A program made the position numbers and the translations under genes. Below the pieces are notes generated by a model. The model was not told the origin of the DNA, did not search any database, and was given only the letters and a program-made list of their open reading frames with translations. Positions 56,462 to 64,000 of a stretch of 64,000 nucleotides of DNA are shown piece by piece. Positions within the stretch are counted from its first letter, which is position 1; every line of letters starts with the position of its first letter. Source of the DNA: an uncultured Lentisphaerales bacterium (lineage in GTDB: Bacteria; Verrucomicrobiota; Kiritimatiellia; RFP12; CAYQJG01); assembly GCA_964417715.1 (NCBI GenBank), contig CAYQJG010000003.1, positions 48,370 through 112,369 of the forward strand, written 5' to 3'.

Positions 56462-57343
56462 CTATTTTGACCGGCTCGTGTTGAGCGTGCGGCGGTAGGC
56501 GGCCGGTGGAAGTGAAAAGTGACGGTGGAAGGCTTTGGATAGATGGTAGGCATCGCAGAATCCGGTCTGGGCAGCCACGGCATCCAGTTTCAACCCGCTC
56601 ATGATCAGGGCTCGGGCGGACTCCAGCCGCATGCGGTTGAAGGTGGCCAGGGGGGGGCGGCCGGCTTCGGCGGCATATTTGTGGGAGAGTGTGGACGGGC
56701 TGATGCACATGACCCTGGCGACTTTCGCGAGTGAGATCTGGCCTCCGACATGGCCGGAGAGGATCGCATCTACTTCCGTTACAAAGGACGAGGACGACCC
56801 GACGGGGTCCGGGCCAATGGCCAGGTCCGTGCCCGCTGTTTCCGGCACGACCCGGCGCAGGAGATGGATCACGGTGCACAACGCGGCTTGCGCTGCCCAG
56901 AACCCGGCTGCGCCATGTTCTACCCCAGCGCTGGCGGCCGCCTTCAGTTGGGGCAGCAGGAGGCCCTGCGTATCCCGGATCCGCGCGAAACACCGCCCCT
57001 CGGGAATCACCTCCGCCAGTCCGGCCTCGTATCCGCCTTCGAAGATGACGAAGGCGGATTCAATCATGCGGGTGCAGGATCGCTGGTCCTGCCAATAGGT
57101 CGTATGCGGCGGGTAGAGGTGCGCAACACCCGGGGGACGTTCCAGCCAGGGGGACCTGGCGGTGCCAACGCGGACTAGCCCGCAGTGACTGCATGAATAG
57201 TCCAGCACCCAGCAGGGAAACGCAAACCGCCCGTTGAAGCGGCAGGGGATGCTGGTGCCGTGCATGGCGGTGTTGACCCGCGGCAAGAGCCGGCCCGATT
57301 CCTGCCATGAGTATCCGCCAATCGATCCGGGGTTTGCAGACAT
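56462..57343 (-). CDS. AraC-family transcriptional regulator
   Basis: ISPSTLSHKY...RMRLESAR...VAAQTGFCDAYHLSKAFHRHFSLPP. Confidence 0.92.
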   Translation of the reverse strand: MSANPGSIGGYSWQESGRLLPRVNTAMHGTSIPCRFNGRFAFPCWVLDYSCSHCGLVRVGTARSPWLERPPGVAHLYPPHTTYWQDQRSCTRMIESAFVIFEGGYEAGLAEVIPEGRCFARIRDTQGLLLPQLKAAASAGVEHGAAGFWAAQAALCTVIHLLRRVVPETAGTDLAIGPDPVGSSSSFVTEVDAILSGHVGGQISLAKVARVMCISPSTLSHKYAAEAGRPPLATFNRMRLESARALIMSGLKLDAVAAQTGFCDAYHLSKAFHRHFSLPPAAYRRTLNTSRSK

Positions 57344-57473
57344 GCCGGTTCCGCCCTTCTGGTATTGCAGGAATATACATTAAATTCGCAATACCGTCTA
57401 TTTTCAAATGCGCCTCGAAAGCCTAAATTCTCTCCATTCAAAGGGAAATGGCAAACGGCAAGGAATCCTGCAG
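57344..57473. promoter_or_regulatory. Divergent araC/adh promoter region
   Basis: Leftward TAGACG-17-TATATT (57400-57372); TATTGC...GCAATA dyad; conserved in two other copies. Confidence 0.7.
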
Positions 57474-58589
57474 ATGCGTGAATATACAGCCAAGGCGGCG
57501 GTCTTTGTCAAGGCGGGGGCGGCGCTGGAGATTCGTTCCTATCCGGTGAGCCCGCCGCGGGGCGACCGGGTGTTGCTGAAGCTCAAGTTGAGCGGGATTT
57601 GTGGCACGGACATCCACATCCTTTCGGGACGGCTTCCGATCCCGCCGTCCTTCATCCCCGGCCATGAGTTCATCGGGACGGTTGAAGCAGCCGGTCCGCG
57701 GGCGAAGGTGGATGGTTTGGGACAGGCGCTGCGGACGGGTGATCTGGTGATTGCCTGTGTTGCCGATCCCTGCGGCAAGTGCTTCACCTGCAAGCGGGGT
57801 GGACAGGCCAACTGCCTGAATTTCGGGGTCACCAACATCCGGAATCCGCAAGAGGCACCCCACCTGTTCGGCGGGTTCGCGGAGCGGTTGTACCAGCCGG
57901 CCGCCACGCTCGTGCGCGTGCCGCGGGGGATTCCCGCCGAGGCGGTGGCGGCGTTTCCCTGCGCCGGTCCGACGGCGATCCACGGGTTCGGTCGGGCAGG
58001 CGGGCTCTCCAAGGGAGAGCTCGTGGTGGTCCAGGGCACGGGGCCGGTGGGGCTATTCGCCATTGCCTGGGCGCATGCGGCCGGATGCCGGGTGGCGGCG
58101 ATCGGGTCGGCGTCCAACCCTGAGCGCATGGCCCTGGCGCGCCGGCTCGGGGCGGAGAAGATCTGGGACTATCGTGCCGGTACCCCGGCTGACCGTGCGG
58201 CGGAGATCAAGGCCTGGGGTGCGCGTTACAAGCGCGGGGACGGCGCGGACGTGGTCTTCGAGGCTAGTGGTGCCCCGGCGGCCATTCCCGAGGGGCTCGG
58301 CATGGTGCGAACCCTGGGGCGCTACATTGTGCCTGGCCAGTATTCGGCCAGCGGAAGCGTGGCCATCAACCCCGAACAGATCACCTTCAAGGCGCTGACC
58401 ATCGTGGGGAGTTCCCAGTACGCGCTGGCCGATATCAAGTCCTATCTGGCGTTCCTGAAGGCCAACCCGCGGCTCCACGGGCCATTTGCCGCCTGTATCA
58501 CCCACCGTTTCAAGGTGGATGAGGCGGCCAAGGCTTGTGCCGACGCGTCGGCCGGGAGAGCCGTGAAGGCGGTGTTTGAAGGGGTATGA
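57474..58589 (+). CDS. Zinc-dependent alcohol/sugar dehydrogenase (MDR family)
   Basis: GICGTD, GHEF, CGKCFTC...C structural Zn site and GTGPVG. Confidence 0.93.
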   Translation: MREYTAKAAVFVKAGAALEIRSYPVSPPRGDRVLLKLKLSGICGTDIHILSGRLPIPPSFIPGHEFIGTVEAAGPRAKVDGLGQALRTGDLVIACVADPCGKCFTCKRGGQANCLNFGVTNIRNPQEAPHLFGGFAERLYQPAATLVRVPRGIPAEAVAAFPCAGPTAIHGFGRAGGLSKGELVVVQGTGPVGLFAIAWAHAAGCRVAAIGSASNPERMALARRLGAEKIWDYRAGTPADRAAEIKAWGARYKRGDGADVVFEASGAPAAIPEGLGMVRTLGRYIVPGQYSASGSVAINPEQITFKALTIVGSSQYALADIKSYLAFLKANPRLHGPFAACITHRFKVDEAAKACADASAGRAVKAVFEGV

Positions 58590-58590
58590 C

Positions 58591-60681
58591 ATGATCCGGC
58601 AGGCAAACGCATTGGGGTGGCGCGAGCTGTTGACATCGCTGCGAACCGCCCGCCACGCATGGACTGGAAAGTATGACATCCGGCCGTACTGGCGCGAGTT
58701 GGCTTTCTTGGAGCATGCCGGCGCGCCGTTGCCGGTGCAGTGGGCGCAGACTTTTGCCGCTGTGCTGGACCACATGGAATTGCACACCTGCCACGGTGAG
58801 GCGATCCTGGGAAGCCGCCTGGGTTTCATGGCCCGGCAACTCCCGGAAGGGCAGGATCAAGCCGGTTTCACGGCCCTGGTAGAGGCGAATAGCCGCCGGC
58901 GCCGCCGTGACTTCGGCGCCGGGTGGGATCATACCCTGGCGGACTATCCCACCCTGTTGGCTGAAGGAGTGGGGGGATTGCTGGCCCGCATCGAGGCTTC
59001 CTCGCTGACGCATCCCGAACCCGCTGAACAGGCGGCTTTGCGCGGCATGCGCATCACCCTGGAAGGGCTCAGTCGCTTCATCCTCCGGCATGCCGGCCTG
59101 GGTGCCGTCCCGGAAATGCGTGCCCGGCTTGAATGGATCAGCCGACACCCGCCGCGTACCTTCCATGAGGCCATCCAGTTGGTGTGGCTGACCCATCTGG
59201 CCTTTGTCAGCGAGGGGCGTTTTGCCAATGCCCTGGGGCGGATCGACCAATACCTGTGTCGTTTCTACGAGGCGGACCTGGCTGCTGGCCGGCTTGATCG
59301 TGAGGGCGCCCTGGAGCTGCTCTGCTCCCTCTGGGCGCGTGTGGATGAATTGGGGGAAGTGACGAACATTTGCATCGGTGGCGTCAGGCCGGACGGGCTG
59401 GATGGCACCAATGACCTTTCCGCCCTCTGCATTGAGGCGACCCGGCTGGTGAAGTCACCCTCCACCAACCTGTCGGCCCGGTTTCATGATGGCACGCCGG
59501 ATACGTTTCATCGGCAGGCCTTCGAGTGCATCCGCACCGGGCTGGGTTTTCCGGCCATCTTCAATGACCATGTGTTGATCCCCGGACTGGTGGAGATCGG
59601 CATTCCGGTTGAGATCGCGCGTGACCATTGCATGGTCGGCTGCATCGAGACCATGCTGGCCGGGCGGCAGCAGGCCTGGTCTGACAGCCGTTACAATGCG
59701 CCCGTCAATGTGCTGGCGGCCCTCCGGCGGCTGGCGGCCGAACCCGTGCCAGGCTGGGAACGGTTGCAGGAGCTGTTTGCCGAGGAGTTCCGGAGCGGCG
59801 TGGCCCGCCATGTGGCATCCGTGAATGCCCACATCGCCTCGTTCCCGGCGACGGATTTCCCCGACCCCTTCCTGTCGGCGCTGACCCGCGATTGTATCGG
59901 GCGTGCCCGCGACCTGAATGATGGGGGGGCGGAGTTCCGGAGGTTCCACGGGGTGGCGGTCATGGGGCTGGCCAATGTGGCCGACAGCCTTGCCGCAGTG
60001 AAAAAGCTGGTCATCGAGGAGCAGAAGGTGGATCTGGCCGGGTTGATCGCTGCGCTGGAGCGCGACTTTGAAGGGAACGAGCCCCTGCGGCAGATGTTGA
60101 TAAATCGGGCGCCGAAGTACGGAAATGGCGAGCCCTATGTGGATGATATTGCCGCCTGGATGGTCCAGCTGGCCGCCGAAACCTGTCTGCAGCATGCTAC
60201 CGTTGACGGGGGGCGGTTTGTCGCCGCCATGGCGGCGAATGTCTCCAACATCTATGCCGGGCGGGAAGTCGGCGCCACACCGGACGGGCGGCGGGCCCAT
60301 ACGCCGCTGTCCGACGCGGCATCGCCCTTCTTCGGCAGGGACACGCATGGCCCGACAGCCTTCCTCCGCTCCGTGGCCCGCCCCGATTACCGGCTGGTGC
60401 TCACGGGAAGTGTGATCAACATGAAGTTCGAGCCCGACTACTTCGATGGGGAAGAGGGGGTTGCAAGGTTCGGTGCGCTCACGCGCTTCTTTGTCCGCCA
60501 CCGGATTCCTGAACTCCAGTTCAACTTCACGGGCACACAAGCCTTGCTTGCGGCGAAGCAGCATCCGGAGAACCATCGTGACCTGGTGGTGCGCGTCAGT
60601 GGTTTCTCGGGCTACTTCGTCTGGCTGGCCCCGGAAGTCCAGGATGACATTATCCGCCGCCGCAGCCATGGTGCGCCATGA
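58591..60681 (+). CDS. Glycyl radical enzyme (PFL2/dehydratase-like), substrate unknown
   Basis: TFHEAIQ, GRIDQYL, GCIE Cys loop, PKYGN, GATPDGR and LVVRVSGFS Gly loop. Confidence 0.93.
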   Translation: MIRQANALGWRELLTSLRTARHAWTGKYDIRPYWRELAFLEHAGAPLPVQWAQTFAAVLDHMELHTCHGEAILGSRLGFMARQLPEGQDQAGFTALVEANSRRRRRDFGAGWDHTLADYPTLLAEGVGGLLARIEASSLTHPEPAEQAALRGMRITLEGLSRFILRHAGLGAVPEMRARLEWISRHPPRTFHEAIQLVWLTHLAFVSEGRFANALGRIDQYLCRFYEADLAAGRLDREGALELLCSLWARVDELGEVTNICIGGVRPDGLDGTNDLSALCIEATRLVKSPSTNLSARFHDGTPDTFHRQAFECIRTGLGFPAIFNDHVLIPGLVEIGIPVEIARDHCMVGCIETMLAGRQQAWSDSRYNAPVNVLAALRRLAAEPVPGWERLQELFAEEFRSGVARHVASVNAHIASFPATDFPDPFLSALTRDCIGRARDLNDGGAEFRRFHGVAVMGLANVADSLAAVKKLVIEEQKVDLAGLIAALERDFEGNEPLRQMLINRAPKYGNGEPYVDDIAAWMVQLAAETCLQHATVDGGRFVAAMAANVSNIYAGREVGATPDGRRAHTPLSDAASPFFGRDTHGPTAFLRSVARPDYRLVLTGSVINMKFEPDYFDGEEGVARFGALTRFFVRHRIPELQFNFTGTQALLAAKQHPENHRDLVVRVSGFSGYFVWLAPEVQDDIIRRRSHGAP

Positions 60682-61637
60682 ACGCGGGGCCCCAGGCGCA
60701 TGAAGCCTCACCTGCCATCCGGGGGATGGTCTTTGATATCCAGCCGTTCTCCCTGCACGATGGGCCGGGAATCCGTACCACGGTGTTCCTGAAAGGATGC
60801 CCGCTGCACTGTCCCTGGTGCCATAATCCTGAGTCCTGGCAGGCGTCTGGACAGATTGCCTGGACGCCGGAGTTGTGCGTGGGGTGCGCCGCGTGCAGCC
60901 GGGTATGCCCCGCTGGCGCCCACCGGATGGACCCGGGCAGGCATGCGTATGACCGGCCGCGCTGCCAGGCCTGCGGTAAATGCGCTGAGGTTTGTCCATC
61001 CAGGGCACTGGAGTGGTCCGGCCGGAGACTGTCGGTCGCGCAGGTGATGGAGCGCGTCCTTGTGGATCGCGAGTTTTACGGCGGATCCGGCGGCGGGATG
61101 ACGGTGTCCGGCGGTGAACCGCTGGCACAGGCGGAATTTACCGCGGCGCTGCTGGATGCCGGCCGCTCGGCTGGAATTCATACGGCCGTGGACACCTCAG
61201 GCGCCGGACGGCTGGACGATCTCCGGCGTATGGCCAGCCGGTCGGATCTGGTGCTGTTCGACATCAAGGCCGCGCCGGAAGATTATGAGCGCCTGACCGG
61301 TGCCCGCTATGAGCAGGTCGTGGCGGGCCTGCAGGTGATCCGGTCACAGGGCCTTGCGCTCTGGCTGCGGTTGCCCATGATTCCCGGAGTCAATGATTCC
61401 CGGAACCATTTTGAAAACATCGCGAAGCTGGCCGATGAGTTCCGGCCGGACCGGATTGAGATGATCCCCTACCATGTGCTGGGGGCAGGCAAGCGGACAC
61501 GCTTCGGATTGGCGCCAACCCCCATGCCCGATCAGCCCCCGGCGGAACCCGGCCAGATCAAGCAATGGGCCGGATGGTTTCGCGAATTGGGGGTGAATGT
61601 GGCCATGCCGGACACGGGCCGCGGGCGCGCAGGCTGA
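60678..61637 (+). CDS. Glycyl radical enzyme activase (radical SAM, with ferredoxin insert)
   Basis: HDGPGIRTTVFLKGCPLHCPWCHNPE; two CxxCxxCxxxCP motifs; SGGEP. Confidence 0.95.
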   Translation: MNAGPQAHEASPAIRGMVFDIQPFSLHDGPGIRTTVFLKGCPLHCPWCHNPESWQASGQIAWTPELCVGCAACSRVCPAGAHRMDPGRHAYDRPRCQACGKCAEVCPSRALEWSGRRLSVAQVMERVLVDREFYGGSGGGMTVSGGEPLAQAEFTAALLDAGRSAGIHTAVDTSGAGRLDDLRRMASRSDLVLFDIKAAPEDYERLTGARYEQVVAGLQVIRSQGLALWLRLPMIPGVNDSRNHFENIAKLADEFRPDRIEMIPYHVLGAGKRTRFGLAPTPMPDQPPAEPGQIKQWAGWFRELGVNVAMPDTGRGRAG

Positions 61638-61679
61638 ACGGGGGCTCGTTCACCTCGTGGCATCGCATTCAGGTATCCT

Positions 61680-63029
61680 TCATCCGGAGATTTTCCTCGT
61701 CCGGATGAGGTCGCGATAGAAACGGAAACTGTCCTTGGGGATGCGGCGCTGGGTCGGGAAGTCGACGTAGACCAGGCCGAGGCGCTGGCCATAACCCAGG
61801 GTCCATTCGAAGTTGTCGAAGAACGACCAGGCGAAGTAGCCGTCCACGCGGTAGCCATCTTGCATGGCCCGGTGCATTTCGCGGATATTCTCGCGGAGGA
61901 ACCGGATGCGGTCCTCGTCATGCACGCGGCCGTCATGCACGAGCACATCGACGCAGGCGCAGCCGTTTTCGGCGACATGCAGCCGCTTCACCGGATAGTT
62001 GTCCCACACGTGCTTGATGCTCCAGTACATGGCGCGCGGCGTGACGACCCACCCCATGCTGGTGCGCGGCGCGTCGAATGCCGGCATGATCTCCCGGTAC
62101 CCGGCAGGGGTGTCGTCGGCCGCCACGGCAAAGCCGCCGTAGCAGTTGAGGCCGAAGAAATCGAGCGGCGTCGCGATGACGCGCAACTCCTCGTCCGTGA
62201 TTCGCGGCTCCTCACCCGGCTTCCAGGCATTGGCGGGATAGCGCCCCTTGTAAAGCGGGTCGAAGAGCAGGCTGCTCTTGTCCAGGAAGCAGCGCTCGGC
62301 CGCCCGCACATCCCGCGGCTTCTTCTCGTCCGCCGGCATGCGCAGCCAGAAGGCGTGGACGAGGCCGACGTCCACCTTGCGTCGCGCCCGAGCGCGGATG
62401 GACTGCACCGCCAGGCCATGCGCCAGATGCACATGGTGCAGCACCTGGTTGTTCACCCGCGGGGAGAGCAACAGCCCGGGCGCGTTCCACCCGCCCTGGT
62501 AGCACCCTTCGTAGATGTGCTTGATCTCGTTGAAGGTGATCCAGTCCCGCACGCGGTCCGACAGGCGCTCGGACATCAGCCCCGCGTAATCCGCAAAGGC
62601 CTGAACCACGTCCTTGTTGCGCCAGCCGCCCTGGTGGTCGAGCGCCAAGGGCATGTCCCAATGGTGGAGGTTCACGAACGGCCGGATGCCGTTGGCAAGG
62701 AAGGTGTCGATGAGGCGATCATAGAAGTCGAGCCCCTTGGGGTTGGGTTTGCCGACTCCCCGGGGAAGCACGCGCGGCCAGGAGATCGACAGGCGGTAGG
62801 CCTGCAGCCCGCACTTCGCCATCAGCGCGATGTCGGTCTTGTAGCGGTGGTAGTGGTCGATGGCGATGCGTCCGTCGTCGCCGCCCTTGATCTTGCCGGG
62901 GACGCGGCAGAAGACATCCCAGTTCGACGCGCCCTTGCCGTCGGCGCGCCAGGCACCCTCGGTCTGGAAAGCCGAGGCGGCCGCGCCCCAGATGAAGTTC
63001 TTCGGAAAACGGCATACGGTCTGGCTCAT
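61680..63029 (-). CDS. GH1 beta-glucosidase
   Basis: FIWGAAASAFQTEG, DHYHRY, YRLSISWPR, TFNE, VAENG and WSFFDNFEW motifs. Confidence 0.95.
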   Translation of the reverse strand: MSQTVCRFPKNFIWGAAASAFQTEGAWRADGKGASNWDVFCRVPGKIKGGDDGRIAIDHYHRYKTDIALMAKCGLQAYRLSISWPRVLPRGVGKPNPKGLDFYDRLIDTFLANGIRPFVNLHHWDMPLALDHQGGWRNKDVVQAFADYAGLMSERLSDRVRDWITFNEIKHIYEGCYQGGWNAPGLLLSPRVNNQVLHHVHLAHGLAVQSIRARARRKVDVGLVHAFWLRMPADEKKPRDVRAAERCFLDKSSLLFDPLYKGRYPANAWKPGEEPRITDEELRVIATPLDFFGLNCYGGFAVAADDTPAGYREIMPAFDAPRTSMGWVVTPRAMYWSIKHVWDNYPVKRLHVAENGCACVDVLVHDGRVHDEDRIRFLRENIREMHRAMQDGYRVDGYFAWSFFDNFEWTLGYGQRLGLVYVDFPTQRRIPKDSFRFYRDLIRTRKISG

Positions 63030-63047
63030 GTACTCTCCTGTCGGTTA

Positions 63048-63263
63048 GATCACACCGCGGCTTGCGCTGCCCAGAACCCGGCTGCAGCATGTTCTGCCCC
63101 AGCGCGGGCGGCCGCCTCCGAAGATGATCAACCTGATATTGCACGAATATACATTAGATTCGCAATGCTGTCTATTTTCGAATGCGCCTCGAAAGCCTAA
63201 CTTCTCTCTATTCAAAGAGAAATGGCAAACAGCAAGGAATCCTGCAGATGCGTGAATATACAG
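63048..63263. promoter_or_regulatory. Third copy of the araC/adh divergent promoter, with araC debris and an adh start stub
   Basis: Matches ~56867-56945, ~57033-57048 and 57360-57489 (ends ATGCGTGAATATACAG). Leftward TAGACA-17-TATATT. Confidence 0.9.
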
Positions 63264-63364
63264 TGGATGGCTCGCGTCGGCCCTGTGCTACCGTGCAACA
63301 CAGGGATCTTAACGAGGTTCTGACCGCAAGCTAGTCCTATCACGGTTTCATTATGGAGAGTCGT

Positions 63365-64000
63365 ATGCGAATTTACCTGCCTTTGGGATGTGTCCTTCTT
63401 CTTACGTCAATGGGCGTTGCCCAGCAGTCATCGAACGCGCCAGCCTCCCAGCCGTCCTGGGAAGTCCAGTTCCAGGCGCTCGCGGCTCATGCCAAGGAGA
63501 TCGAATCCCAGTTGGGCGCTTTTGATAGGTCGAACAATCCGACTATCGCTGACGCGCTTGACAACGTTCGCCTGCGTATCGAGCAAATCCACTCCGTGTC
63601 CGCCAAGGTCGCAGACAAACGGGGCAGAGGCAACGGGCCCGCACTCGCTGCGCGCATTCCGGAATTGAAGGCATCGCTGGACTACTACTTTGAGGCGCTC
63701 AAGGCTGGCAAGGATCCGCACCGGGGTAAAGCCGGGGGCTTGCGCGCGATGAGGTCCAAGATCGACGGCGAACTGCTTTCCTATGACTTCTGGCTGCCTA
63801 ATGACTACGACCCCAAGAAGAAGTACCCCCTCGAGGTGCGGCTGCACTCCGGCGGCGGCGTGATTTGGAAAGCCGATACCAGTTGGGGTATTCCGGTCGA
63901 CCAGGTTGGGCCTTACGCTGCGTTCGCCGGATATGACCGCAAGTGGAGTCTCTGGAAGAACGAGAGCATCATCATCCACCCCTGCGGGCGCGGCCAGAAC
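63365..64000 (+). CDS. Secreted alpha/beta hydrolase paralog of 33145-35253 (partial, runs off the window; absent from the ORF track)
   Basis: Manual translation MRIYLPLGCVLLL...RSKIDGELLSYDFWLPNDYDPKKKYPLEVRLHSG...HPCGRGQN; GGAGAG RBS. Confidence 0.85.
   Translation, partial: MRIYLPLGCVLLLTSMGVAQQSSNAPASQPSWEVQFQALAAHAKEIESQLGAFDRSNNPTIADALDNVRLRIEQIHSVSAKVADKRGRGNGPALAARIPELKASLDYYFEALKAGKDPHRGKAGGLRAMRSKIDGELLSYDFWLPNDYDPKKKYPLEVRLHSGGGVIWKADTSWGIPVDQVGPYAAFAGYDRKWSLWKNESIIIHPCGRGQN

Noticed and set aside
58591-60681. Pyruvate formate-lyase (pflB)
   Set aside because: Single-Cys GCIE loop rather than CC, and the activase has a ferredoxin insert unlike PflA

Overview
GC-rich bacterial carbohydrate-utilisation region. 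The gene content and protein style suggest the PVC superphylum, probably Kiritimatiellia or Lentisphaeria; this is inference only. Nearly every gene from 33 to 57343 is on the minus strand. The left half encodes large secreted proteins, glycoside hydrolases (GH20, GH43-like, GH95, GH36-like, GH113, DUF4832), a mutarotase, three URO-D/MtaA-like proteins, a beta-strand-repeat surface protein, a triple-module QueG/RdhA-like Fe-S protein with an IclR regulator, and an MFS transporter. The centre holds a secreted alpha/beta hydrolase and a tandem pair of ~940-aa paralogs. The right half is an unusual (amino)sugar catabolic cluster: class III aminotransferase, DeoR, FGGY kinase, AraA-like isomerase, a fourth URO-D-like protein, Gfo/Idh/MocA oxidoreductase, two amidohydrolases, PfkB kinase, NagB-like protein and SGNH esterase. 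Divergent from its araC gene is a Zn-dehydrogenase / glycyl radical enzyme / activase operon, followed by GH1 and a partial hydrolase paralog. Most notable: (1) an unassigned short glycyl radical enzyme embedded in a sugar pathway; (2) copies of the araC/adh and aminotransferase promoters, with decayed gene stubs, placed upstream of other genes; (3) a 174-bp MITE-like element inserted in frame in GH95; (4) a G11 tract in the surface protein; (5) a shared C-terminal GT-hydrophobic-R/Q motif that may be a sorting signal. No rRNA, tRNA, CRISPR array or intact transposase was seen. All family assignments come from motif recognition by eye, not from database searches.
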